DNA of 63,287 nt, counting the filler, from Squatina squatina (taxonomy: Eukaryota), in assembly GCA_031763465.1 (NCBI GenBank). It is 4 parts of 4 records of this genome, joined end to end, with 100 filler letters (N's around TTAATTAATTAA, not from the genome) between each part and the next. Parts side by side here need not be neighbours in the genome. Positions count along the whole stretch, not along the records: positions 1 to 17,218 come from JARFOE010000219.1; 3 more parts are not named here. One strand, 5' to 3'. Shown here one piece after another: positions 1 through 12,315 of this stretch. Made by a program: the position numbers and the translations under genes. The notes under the pieces are model-generated. The model saw nothing but the letters and a program-made list of their open reading frames with translations. It ran no database searches and had not been told where the DNA came from. Numbering within the stretch: the stretch's first letter is position 1; each line of letters starts with the position of its first letter.

Positions 1-3000
1 CTGAGCCATTTGGAGTAATTTTAGTACTCCAACAAGTATTTTAAACACTGTTGTTATTGTCATACTCCAAAGCATATTATGAGTAAAACTTAAAATATCG
101 TGCATTGTTACATCGGTTTGTAACTGTTGTCAGATGTAAAACATTAGTATCTATATATCATGATAACAACAAACACATTAGAAGAGGAAGAATGACTGAA
201 AGTGTTTTACAAACTGAACACCTAAAACTCACTTTACAGAGCAAAAATATTTGTCTCAGTTAATTTACTGACTTCGGCATTCTTTATTATTATGCTTCTC
301 CACATAAATAGCATTTTTATTTTCTTTCCTGAGAGGCCATAAGTCTGGAAACATAAAACTGAAGTACAAATGTCAAATGCTATACTTCTCATGTGGTTTT
401 TCATTCTATCTCTCGTCCCGTATTGACCATGCATTAAACTCTGTTTCACAATACTTCTTCAAAGTATGCATAAATATAGGAGCTCGTTCTATTATTCAAA
501 TAGAAAATGCAGTGACATGTACAGCTACTCTATTTTACATTGCTAAACTAACCTTTAAAAATTACCTCTCAAAAGAGCACCAGTTATATTAGACATTAAA
601 TAAAAACATGTGTTATTAATTACTTTAAGCTGTTTTAAAGAAAAAGACAACAGAAAAGTTATTACCTTTAATGTCTTTGATATGATAATCATTCAGCTAA
701 AGGACATTAAGAGTGACTGATAGATTTTAATTTTTGTTGCATACATTAAACTGACACTGGATAATTCCAGATTTGCATTAATACTTCAATAAATGAAGCA
801 GTTACATGCCTAGTTTTAACCTTGGAACTTGTCTGTTTACAAGCCCTAGAACAAGCCAGAAAAATCATTTCCATAACTCAAATACACACCACTTCCCAGA
901 GATTCCCGCAGGGATTCAAAAGACTTCTAATGCCTAAATGCTGCTAGCTATTTCAAAATCTATGCGTATACATACTTTTACTACATTCTATAATAACTTT
1001 TCCACCATACACTCTCTTTTCATGTTTCCTTTCAGTAAGCACTTACATATAAGGTTTTGCGAGTTGAATTTAGGTAATTAAATGTAGTTAAATGTGTCAT
1101 ACAATGAGAAAAAAATATTAAATCAAACTAAGTAATGCCACATTATAATCCAGAAATTATTTGTGGTGATATTAATTGGCAAATATTAATACAGTTGCAT
1201 GGCATTCCTCTGTCCCCTAATGCAGCAAAGGCATTAACCCATTTAAATAAACGGGTTAATGCCTGTGCTAAAATAGTGGAGGTAGGAATGTAATATGAAG
1301 GTGTTACATGTTCATCTGCTAATTTTGCCAAGAGTAAATTCCATGATATTTTATATCTCCACAGATAGTTATTACTATTGTAGCTACACAGTACATGCTG
1401 AGAGCAATAATCCTGTTTTTAGAACCATCAGTTAAAGAAAAAATAGATATAAGCCAGTCACCTAAGGTCAGCCTATCTAACTATCTACCCAACTGACATT
1501 CAATACAATTTATTTATATTGCTCAATATACAGAANNNNNNNNNNNNNNNNNNNNNNNNNNNNNNNNNNNNNNNNNNNNNNNNNNNNNNNNNNNNNNNNN
1601 NNNNNNNNNNNNNNNNNNNNNNNNNNNNNNNNNNNCAATGTCAAACATGTTCATGTCATTTCTTTCTGATCGGATAATATTAATTTTAATTAAGGCAAAC
1701 GTTTATAATCACTAGTACGGAAATTTTCATTTGTTAAATGGCACGGTTTATTATGAATGGCATCTGTGCAATATCAAGCAGAGATGCAGTTTAATGGTAA
1801 TGTTCTTGCATTAGAAGAAACAGTTTACATCTGGACACCATTAGCTTCAAAAGTAGTTATTTTACTTCAATAAGAAGAAACTTGTACCCCCTGAAAACAA
1901 TGCTAACATGCATAATCGGGTGATTTTCAACTGGCACCTACAGTCACATTAAATTTACGTTGCGAGTAATTTACTTGAATGCTTTATTGCTGAAATTGCA
2001 TTTTTTTAAACAATTTAAGTAAGTTTGATTTACCAGTCACCAATATTAACCAATCTTGGCAACACAGTTTAAGAAATACTAAAATGCAGTGTAAGATTAG
2101 TTATAGTTATAACTGTCTCGTCTTAAATGTGCTACCTGGCAAAGGTTAATTAACAATATGCAAAGTTTGCACAATCTCACACCACAACTGTTGTGACTAT
2201 TCAGATCAGTTGGTTTGTCAAATACATTAATTCAAAATATTTTGCACTTTGGTTAATTTTGCCTGAAGTACAAACTATAAAAAGATACAGATTTTATTTC
2301 TGCTCTTAATGTTAACTTCTTTATGAAATACTCAGTGGTTAAATGGAGATTGTCCTCACATTAGGAGACGTATATTATTATATTAAATGCATTGGAATTT
2401 CTTACCCTAACAAATTACAGTTGTGAAAGAATTTAGACAAACAGAAGAAAGGACTGGCGGAAAAAATAACTAACCGAAAACAATAATGTAAAAAATTATT
2501 GTAATTCTATACTTGGTGCTAATAATCAACAGATTATTCAGATTAATGAATTCCAAACAATTTGAATATATGAGACAACTTGGGGATTCTTCCCTTCTTG
2601 AAGCTCCAGAAGAATTATTTTACCATTTACTATTCACGGGTTATCTTTTCCTCACCACAAGCTGCTGGCCAATTTGCACATTAATAACGCCGTGCGTCGT
2701 TCACACTCTTACTCATTCAGCAAATTTTGGCCCATAATGTTACTTGTAGCTGCGTAAACTGACCAAAGCAACAAAAGGGAAAATGCAGCCAAAATCCGTT
2801 TGAAAAAAACAATTGGAGCAATTTGTTATCTCTGTGGCAGTTTCTGATTCCCAATTGTATCTTTGGAGGGGGCGCAATGAGTGGTTGCTTTTGTGTGGGT
2901 TGCTGCTTTATGATTGGGTAGGTTTTTGCAGCAATTTTTTGTCAGCAAAAAAACAGCACTGTTTCACTTAACAGGTACTGGTTATTTCAGTCCATTTGGG

Positions 3001-3809
3001 TCAACTGCCACACTTAAAAATGAAGGACCATTTTCCCACACACTTACATATACTAGACTGGATAGATCAACCAACCACGTCTAATATCCTTCACTGGATC
3101 ACTGAGTTCGCCCAATGGATATCAAAACTTCAATACCAAAAGAAATTTTCACTCTCTATTCAGCATGTTGAAAAACATAATGGAATCCCCATGAAATGGA
3201 ATGAAGAGAGAGTTTAGTGGTATTTCTGCAAATGATTCAAAAGACCATACTAAGAACTATTGGAAGACACTGACAACATGTTATGACACACAATACTGTG
3301 ACATTATTAACGTCTATTCTGCAATGGCACAGATAGGATGGATCAATATTAAACAATAGTTGAATAACTACAGGGAAAGACATGAATAACACACGTTATC
3401 ACATTTTTTGAACGGGCTCAGAGTTTTGGGGCTGTCTCCCACCTGGACTCATGTAGTTCATTTTCTTGACTCAACAAAAACAAATGCAAACACATTTTAC
3501 CTGTCATTTGCATTTTACAAATCCATCTCAATCATGCTTTTGGCAAGCTAGTCCTTGCTTCAAAATTAGATTGTGCATCATGTCTCTGTGCAGACAAAAT
3601 AAAAAAATTCCCAGTTTTAAAATATATGCTGAATTTGTTATAATTACACAGTAATCAGGGTCCAGCATAAAAGTCCAAATACACTCTGAAAACTGTATCC
3701 AGTTCTGGTCACAAAGAGGAAAGACAGTGCAGAGAAGAGCCACAAGGCTGAGCCATGGTCTCAAGTTATGAGGAAAGACGGGCTGCTTCCACCTCTGTAA
3801 TCTCACTGG

Positions 3810-4363
3810 TCTCTACCCCTGCCTCAGCATATCTGCTGCTGAAACTCTCATCTATGCTTTTGTTATCTCTAGACTTGACTATTCCAACACACTCCTGGCT
3901 GGCCTCCCACATTCTACCCTATGCAAACTTTTGGTCATCCACAACCTGGCTGCCTGTGTCCTAACTCGCACAAAGTCCCGTTCACCCAACACCCATGTGC
4001 TCGCTGAAATACATTGGCAAATCCTTGATTTCAAAATTCTTATCCTTGTTTTCAAAGCCTTCCATGGCCTCGCCCCTCCCTATCTCTGTGATCTCTTCCA
4101 GCCCCACCAGCCTCTAAGATATCTGTGCTCCTCTAACTCTGCCCTCTTGAGCATCCCTGATTATAATCACTCAACCATTGGTGGCCGTGCCTTTTGCTGC
4201 CGAGGCACTAAGCTCCAGAATTCCCCACTTAAACCTCTCTGCCTTTCTACCTTTGTTTCCTCCTTTAAGACACTCTTAAAAGCCTACTTCTTTGACCAAG
4301 CTTTTGGTCATCTGACCTAATTTCTCCTTAGGTGGCTTGGTTTCAAATTTCTTTTATCTCGTA
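3810..4363 (+). mobile_element. L2-clade LINE, 3' end of ORF2 and tail (truncated, degenerate)
   Basis: ORF 3931..4320 reads ILILVFKAFHGLAPPYLCDLF...GGRAFCCRGTKLQNSPL...SSFKTLLKAYFFDQAF, the typical L2 ORF2 C-terminus. The contig ends inside the element. Confidence 0.8.
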
Positions 4364-4463
4364 NNNNNNNNNNNNNNNNNNNNNNNNNNNNNNNNNNNNN
4401 NNNNNNNNNNNNNNNNNNNNNNNNNNNNNNNNNNNNNNNNNNNNNNNNNNNNNNNNNNNNNNN

Positions 4464-4562
4464 AGTTCAAGAAGACGGCTCACCATCACCTTTTCAAGGC
4501 CAGTTAGGGATGGGTAGTAAATGCTGGCCCTGCCAGCGACGGCCACATCCCAGGACTGAATT
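4464..4562 (+). mobile_element. Elasmobranch HE1-SINE/HER1 (CR1-type) shared 3' tail
   Basis: gttcaagaagacggctcaccatcaccttttcaaggccagttagggatgggtagtaaatgctggcc; closely similar copies at 18310-18476 (-), 49183-49292 (+) and about 54160-54235 (-). Family name from recall. Confidence 0.65.
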
Positions 4563-4859
4563 ATAAAAAGACAGTTTCAAAGAGCTTGTAGTTTCTGTAG
4601 AATGCTCTAAACTCTTAACCAGCTTCTGGCATCTAACTTACTTTGTCATAAGGTCCATCTGGGAATTCCATTCTAGCGAGATGTGAGAGAGCAGGAACAG
4701 CACCAGGACGAAGGAGCAACAGAGCTGCAACTGTAGGGAGACCAAATAGAATGAGTCATGCTCGCAGGGACCCTTGCCCTTCCCATTGAATTTGTAGGTC
4801 CAGGACAAAATAACTGAAATTCTCTGAGGAGCAGTGCGTAAGGACAGTTTGATTTGCTA

Positions 4860-5420
4860 TGGAGGCTGTGAGAGAGTGCTGACACTTGCAGTAACAATAC
4901 CTACAACCAACTACCACAGCTGCCACAGCATTGCCTGTTGCAGTCAAAGTCACTGCAGCCCTCAACTTCTGTGTCTCTGTTCCTTCTAGCCGGTAAGAGG
5001 GGAAATCAGTAATATTAGTCAGTCTGCAGTTTGTTGTTGCACTAGGCAGGTGACTGATGCCATGTTTGCTAGAACAAGTACTTTCATCCCTTTCCTCGTG
5101 GACAGCTGGAAGCAAAATGATAGGGCTCTGGGATGCACACAGATTGTGGGCTTCCCCCAATTATATGGTCGCATTGACTGCACCGACTACCTTTATGAAT
5201 CGAAGGGCTTTGACTTCATTAATGAGCAACTGGTGTGTGATCATCAACAGCACATCACACAGCTCCGTGTCCACTTTCCTAGTAGCTGCCATGATATTTT
5301 CATCTTGAGGTAATCCTCTACTCCCAACTTTGTGCATCTGCACAGCAAGTGACAGGCTGGCTGCTTGGGGACAAGGGTTATCCCCTGCAGTTGGCTCTTG
5401 ATTGCTCTTGGGAACCCACG
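4860..5420 (+). mobile_element. PIF/Harbinger (HARBI1-like) transposase relic
   Basis: Frame-broken motifs ALPVAVKVTAALNF, GFPQLYGRIDCT, KGFDFINEQLVCDHQQHI...FPSSCHDIFILR and GWLLGDKGYP cover conserved PIF/Harbinger DDE-region motifs. Confidence 0.85.
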
Positions 5421-8400
5421 GTCAGCGGCCGCACTGTATTATATTCAGACTCAAGAGTTTGCAGTGTCGCGGGACCGTCTCCTGTTTTTGAAGTCTCCTT
5501 TCAGTTGTGTGCCAGCTTCTCCTGTGAGAAGAATGGTAGTGGGCTAGTGTGTACCCTGTTGAAGGGTTTTGAAGATGGTGAGACATAGGCTGCATGTGGA
5601 GAGAAAACAGCAAATGTGGCCAAGAGAGACAAATAGTTGTGAGGGCAGTAGCAGAGTAAGGTGTTGTGAAGCGCCCTGTTGTGATTGGAGGAGAAGCCGT
5701 GGAGGGAAGGATAATGTTGTAGCTAAAGTAGTGTGATGCAGAGCTGTGCAGAGATGTGAAGGAGCACATCTCTTTGAGAGTCCTGATGAGCTTACGTAAT
5801 ATATTTACAAGTCTGACAAACCCATTTTAAAAAGAATGTGGAAATATAGTATAAAGTAATAAATTTAGAAGAATAATTTGTTAATTCAGAAACCTTGACA
5901 TCAAGTGCATTCTTTGTTCCTCTATCATTATTCCATGCAAATGTATCTACAGAGCAGAATTTGCTTAAAATACTGTGGTAGGGTTTTCAGGTCATGGTTG
6001 TCAACTGCATTTTGATGTGGAGGCCACAGTTATACCAATAAAGTATGGCAAAGGCACTTTTCACAAAAATTCTCCTGCAAGTACAGTACTGGCATTTACT
6101 TCAGAGTCACCTAAATGCTTATCTGCTGTGGCAAGTCCTTGCTCAACGGACTGTTTGCTGACATCTAGCAAATTGTGATGCCAGCAAACTTCAGGACAAA
6201 ATAAAGCTTAGCCTCAATAGTCTAAGTGAAGCTATCTGACATCACTCAAATTATTTTGACAACCTTACCTCATAAATGGATTAAATCACAAAGGTGATGA
6301 AAAGACATCTCAGTTTACTGGCTCAGATTGACTCTGTTCGGAGCCATAGTTTTATCTTCATCTTCCATAAAAGGTCTGTGACTAAATGTTATAATGCATT
6401 GTAGCTTTAGCCACAGAACCAAAATATTTAACAATTGAAAGCTTCATTCAACAACTATGCAGAACTTCTGTACTTGTCTCTTCTATAAACAAGACAGAGG
6501 ATCTCAAATAAACATTAGGATTCAATATTTAATACATGACACAACAAATGTAAAAAAGCATAAGTGACTGCATTATGCAGTAGATTAGAGAACACTGTCC
6601 TTTCATCACCAGGGCCTAGTTTACAATCCAGCCCAGACTGATGGAATAAATATTGCCCCTTTCGATTGGCTGTAAGGATTCTAAAGGCTACATGAGTTTG
6701 GACAGTCTGGAGGAGAAATTCAACTGGAACCAGAAACGGGTTCNNNNNNNNNNNNNNNNNNNNNNNNNNNNNNNNNNNNNNNNNNNNNNNNNNNNNNNNN
6801 NNNNNNNNNNNNNNNNNNNNNNNNNNNNNNNNNNNNNNNNNNNTTTTGTTTTAACTTAATTCAATTCCATTTTGATTCATTTTAAATATCTGATGTTTTT
6901 TACATGTGTATTTTTTGGGATAGTCCCATTCATTCTTATGGTGATTCCTTATATACTTTGCTTGGGCTGGCCCATGTGATCCCAGGGACGCTTGCAAAGC
7001 ATACATGTCCCTGGGATACGTGGGCCTCTATGCAGGCCTTCACATAGAGGCCCAGTACCACAAGTCTTCAAACCACCCGGACTGCCAGGTAAATTTGTAG
7101 ATTTTTTTCAGGTCGGGGGCATCCGCCCACGGGAAGCCTCCGACTGCAAAATGTGGCCCAACGTGTTTTTGAACTCACTGCAGACTAATATAGTCCAGAT
7201 GCACAGTAATAAGCATAAACATCTTCCACCAAGCTATTACTAAATTATTAAGGTGCCACGAACACTGTTGCAAGACACAAATGGGTATGTGGGCAGACTT
7301 CAAAATGTATATAAAAGGTAGTTAAGTGAAATCTTGACAGTATTGTAAGTTAATGTGGTGACAAGATAATGTTCAGGGACAGTTGCACTGATCAACTGAT
7401 TGCTAATTGACAGTGTCAAGACATAAATCCCCCACACATACTTGAAATGCACGGCTGGGAGAGATTGAAACAGTTTTCAGCTCTCAAGCAGTTTACTGTA
7501 TTTCATTATAACTGATTATAATTAACCATTTAACAATTTCTGGTCATTCTTATTTCAAAATGATAGAGCTTTCTTTTCATCCAGTCTGAAAGCCTCAAAG
7601 GAAAGGACTGAAAATTGAAGTAGGCTTTCTTACAGATGCCGCACATATCTATATGTTATTTTAATTTATTAAAAATCTCCTGCTCCAAAAAAAAATCAAC
7701 TGAACCCAACATGGAGAATTCCACTCTCTTTCTTGCTGAAGAAAATGAGTTACTTCACACAAGAAGCAAATGTTTACAATTTTACACACTGGGAACATTG
7801 TCATTTCGTCACAAGTCATTTATGTATTGACTAAAGTGGAATGATGTTTCTTAGCAAAAAGTGAATCATCATGAAGCAACAATAAATTACACAACCACAA
7901 GTCCTCCTCAATCAGTTCTACCTACATTTCTTCCACAATGCAGTGGAAATACAAANNNNNNNNNNNNNNNNNNNNNNNNNNNNNNNNNNNNNNNNNNNNN
8001 NNNNNNNNNNNNNNNNNNNNNNNNNNNNNNNNNNNNNNNNNNNNNNNNNNNNNNNTTCCAGCTGTGAGTTGCACTGGGCCTGGAGCTGGGGGTCGGCCAA
8101 GCATCTTTGCCCTGGAGCTGGAAGGGGAGCTCGATGAGGCTGTGAACGGCGAGCTGGAGCTCGACCTTGCGTCGAATGTAAATGGATGGTCGAGGATTGA
8201 CTGAGGGGGGAAACTGGGCCCCAGGGCTGAAAGTGAGGGGTGTAGTTGGGACTAATGATTAGTTTGTGTGGGGTGGGTTCGAGGGTGTAGGATGGGTATG
8301 GAATCACTCAGTTGGAGCAAAGTTAGGATTTCGAACTGCACTGCGCTGCGCTGCTGCTGCTTCATCGGAAACAGCTTTTGATTTGAATCCAACCAACCAA

Positions 8401-8574
8401 CATCTTGCCCCATTTTTATTTACATTGAAGTCAATGGGTGAGGTGTAAAACGGGCTCCTGACTCACTGTCACCCATTTTACACCATCGTGAAAGTCAAAA
8501 TGTACACCAGTGAACTAGAACTACCCTCTCTCAGCCCAGATTTGGCCAGGGATGGGTCCACTCATTCTCTGTTG

Positions 8575-8706
8575 ACTGTCTGTGTGTGTGTGACTCTCTC
8601 CCTCTCTATTAGTCGCTTTCTCTCTCTCTCTGATTCTCTTTCTATTAGTCGCTCTCAGTCTCTGTCTTGCTCTTGCTCTCTCTGTCTCTATCTCTGTCTC
8701 TCTCTC
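8575..8706. repeat. Imperfect (TG)n/(TC)n microsatellite
   Basis: tgtgtgtgtgtgactctctccctctct...ctctctctctctg...ctctgtctctctctcc read directly. Confidence 0.85.
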
Positions 8707-8971
8707 CATCCAGTACTTGCCCTCTGTGAGATTGGGAACACGTTGCCTGGGTTTCATCGGCCATGGACTTGCACCAAAACAATTCAGTGACACCCCAGTG
8801 CACACTGGACATGGTATCGCTCTCCACGTTCCATTTGTTAATGCTTCATCAGTAATGCTAACTCTCACGAATTATTCGTGAGGCATTTTTAATGAAAGTT
8901 TACTCCAACTCACGAAAGGTGATGATAACGGACAGGATTTTTTAAAAAAGATTTGAACATACGGATTTTAC

Positions 8972-10400
8972 CTGTGTGGATCCTGCATGGTGTTTCTGCT
9001 CGGGAGGTTGCTTTTGGAAAGGTCTTTCAAAAATTGCTTTCAGTGACTCCTTTTCTTGCCTATTTTTCTTTTTTAGGTTTTCAAGCTCTTGTGAATCAGT
9101 TACATCCTTTTTGCCATTTCTTGCCATAAATAATGATTTGAAACTCTCCAAAGCAGATTCACCAGAAGTAGGTATTGGTGCTTCCGCTGATGATTCTTCT
9201 GGTGATGGTGGTTCAGCGGTGTTTTCCGAATGCTGACATTCGTCAGCGGTATCGACTTTATCCTCGATTTTGGGGGCATCAAAGATTAACTGACTGAGCT
9301 GGTCCAAAAATCCAGAATTTTTTTTTCAACTCCAGTGGCTTTCTGTCATCTTTTCTCTTTGGTAAAGATTCTGTTAAGAGTTTCGCTGCAGATTTCTGGC
9401 CTGGTTTAGTCAATTTTAACATTGCTAAACCAGGATCCTTCTGTTTGATCTCTGCCAGAGTCTCTCTGTCCTCACCAACAGCACCTTTCTTCAGTAACCG
9501 GAATCCACTAAAGAGGGGAGGCATTTGAAATGTCTTCTCCGTCTGTGGAGCAGGAACTTCTTGGATGGGAAGATTGCCGGAACTGCCCGTTGACATGGGT
9601 AATGTGAGATCTTCGTTCGACTTGTCCAATAAATTTTGTTCTGTTTCACTATTTCGATCATGAGAGTTTTCGGTTATATTTTTACTGGATTCCATCTGTG
9701 GGGTTAAATTCTCTTTTGGCAATCCGAGTTTAGAAAGCATCTTTGTCTCTTCAACTACATCAATGTTTTCTCGTTGCTGACTTGATGTAGGCTCATTATC
9801 CTTTGGCAGAATTTGTTCTGCAGCGTGCTGAGAGTTTTCATTAACTGACAATGCAACTATAGTTTCATTGATTTGTTTTTTGTCTGGTCCAGCTTCATCC
9901 TCTGACTCAGTATCACTTGTTGTCTGAACAAGAAGCACATGTACTGTACCTTCACCCAAGTCTTTCTCAAACGGCTGTGCAGGATTGAGGGGTTCCAAAG
10001 AACATTCAGGTGCACAGGCTTCTTTATTTCCCTTTTCAGTGTTTTTAATCTGAATTTCGCCATGTATTAACTGTTCTCGCCCCACTTTCTCTGGTTCTTC
10101 CTTTGCCTCAGCAACAGTCGCTTTTTCAGAGGCAGTTACAACATCCTTACCCTTAATGTTATCAGACACATTATTGGGATCTAAAGAACGAAAAAAAGTC
10201 AACAATGCATTTCCTTGGTCAGTCTTTTGCTTTGTTGTTTCTGGGAGAACCTTAATCTCGCGACGACGACCCAGAAACGACATCTTCATAGAAAGTGAAG
10301 GAAATAATGATGAAGTACCTTATGTGGTTGGGGTTGCTGAATTCCCTGTATGTCCCATTTCAGCAGTATTGCCATTATCATTATTTAAACTTTCCATCAT
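8972..10400 (-). pseudogene. FMN1: Formin-1 alternative first coding exon (isoform-IV type), disrupted as assembled by an in-frame stop and a frameshift
   Basis: From ATG 10400: MMESLNND...TT*GTSSLFPSLSMKMSFLG, NALLTFFRSLD, LVQTTSDTESED, FQMPPLFSGFRLLKKGA, EIKQKDPGLAMLKLTKPGQKS. In the next frame: FLDQLSQL, ESALESFKSLF, ELENLKKKNRQEKESLKAIFER. These match recalled mammalian FMN1 isoform-IV motifs (FQLPAFFSGLRVLKKGA; ETALEAFKALF; ELEALKRKMRHEKESLRAVFER). Donor CAG/GTAAAA at 8972/8971. TAA at 10322-10320; one extra base in the T9 run 9318-9326. Confidence 0.85.
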
Positions 10401-11179
10401 ATTGCTACTGCTTATACTGACTTACTACTCCCCTCTCTGAAAATGTTTGTTGAGTTAAGGAAGTTAGTCCATAATTTATATCAGCTACTGATAAGATTCT
10501 GTTTTATAATCTACAAATGCCAAAATCTGTTTGTTTCTGAAATGAACTTGAATCTTCCCCACACCCCCCCACTTCTAGGTCACTATGTTGCCAGAAGCAA
10601 ACATAAAACCTGCAAGCATTTACTGCAAGCAGTCTTTTTTAAACACCTGCAAGCAAACTAATACAGCTGTCTGCCAGCACCTATGGACTGAAACTCCATA
10701 CCAGCTGCTAAATTATGTACTTCATTACACAAAACCGCTGTGCATTTTGTCCATCTTACTTCTACATCAAAAATCTGCCAATGAGAATCGATGAATATAG
10801 TTATCCTGATGAAATGCAACTTGCCCTCCTCCCAAAATTTAAAAAAATCTATGAAGAAACATTCAGTGAAATGACTGTGAGAAGGCCTCTACTTTAAAAG
10901 TAAACCTCAAATGTCACAGAATCCAAGTCAAGGAATGTTAGAATTTTACGCAAAAACAGGAATAAACTTCTGAAAACATCTTTCCTGTGCTTTCTCCAGT
11001 TTTCTGACTTTCTTCACAGGCATTCCAAAACCAGAGATCTCAGCAGGGCAAGATTAAGCAGGCTTCGTCCAGCATCTCAAATCAGCCATAATGTTCCAAC
11101 TGAACAGAAGGTGTAGAACAGCAGGCCTGAAAAGACCGGGTGACTCTTCACAGTGAACTGCAGTTGAAAATCTAGCGTC

Positions 11180-11370
11180 TTGAGAGAGTGTAAAAGTAAC
11201 CCTCCTCCGCCGTCCTGCTCCAGCTTTCAGCTGGAATGTGAGTTTCCGGCTTTACTGTGAGGCAAGAAAGCCCACAGCACTGGTTTCATATTTCTCTGTC
11301 CTAACTCTCCCAGCTACTTCCGCAGTCCAGGCAGGTACTTATCAAACACCCCACCCAATGTGACAGACAG
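11180..11370 (-). promoter_or_regulatory. Possible internal promoter for the FMN1 isoform-IV-type exon
   Basis: ETS core ACTTCCG (11316-11322), CCCCACCC (11349-11356) and CCAAT (11355-11359) cluster about 0.9 kb upstream of ATG 10400 on the same contig. Motif-level evidence only. Confidence 0.3.
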
Positions 11371-11654
11371 TGTACGTAACTGAGCTACTAAAGTATCTGT
11401 TATGCAAACAGTGCGTTACATGCTGTAGTTTAAAGGAGAAAGCACACCAATTCATTTTTTCCTCTCTAACAGGAAACAACTTATTTATTTCAGCTGGAAC
11501 TTTGTGAGCAGTTTTTACTATAAATAGAATGACTGACTTGCTTATAAAATCATAATGAATCTTAGTTATAGTGTAGCTAAGATTTAGTCTTAGTACTATC
11601 AGCAGTAGGGAGAGCACAAGATAAGAATGTGTGAGCGTGTCCCTAGAAAGAAAG

Positions 11655-11860
11655 GAAACATAGAAACATAGAAAATAGGAGCAAGAGTAGGCCATTCGGA
11701 CCTTCGAGCCTTCTCCACCATTCAATATGATCATGGCTGATCATCTAATTCAACACCCTGTTCCTGCTTTCTCCCCATATCCCTTGATCCCTTTAGCATT
11801 AAGAAATATATTTATCTCCTTCTTGAATATATTTAATGACTTGGCCTCCACTGCCTTCTG
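11655..11860 (-). mobile_element. CR1-clade LINE 3' end
   Basis: Minus frame KAVEAKSLNIFKKEINIFLNAKGIKGYGEKAG followed by the tail cgaatggcctactcttgctcctattttctatgtttctatg. Confidence 0.85.
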
Positions 11861-12315
11861 NNNNNNNNNNNNNNNNNNNNNNNNNNNNNNNNNNNNNNNN
11901 NNNNNNNNNNNNNNNNNNNNNNNNNNNNNNNNNNNNNNNNNNNNNNNNNNNNNNNNNNNNACATCACAAACTCGCGTGGATCCAGGACCCTTAGGTAAGT
12001 ACCTAACATTTTTTGCGATTGGAGGCAACCGCATGCAGGAAGCCTCCAATCGCAATTTCAGGGCCAATATTTCATTAGATTCATACAGACAATAGTTATG
12101 CAACCTATAGATGGTCAGTGATGATTTTAAAATTAAATGAAATTTTAACTGTGGGCAAAACCCTTTCCAAATATTCCCCTCAAATTTCCTCTGCTAAATT
12201 TTAGTTTATATTTTCAACTGCACAAAGTAAAGATCTTAAAAAAGTAAATGCAATAGTTTAAAATAGCTAAAATGAAGTAATTACAACATTAATTACAAAT
12301 ATTGTTTTAACCAAC

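Noticed and set aside
8488-8868. ORFs rich in Ser/Leu or Glu/Arg
   Set aside because: They are translations of the (TC)n microsatellite.
10904-11099. Possible small FMN1 exon ending LTFLDLDSVTFE, faintly like recalled mammalian ELYLDLH
   Set aside because: Stops occur in the required phase and the donor (GTTTAC) is poor; similarity is too weak.
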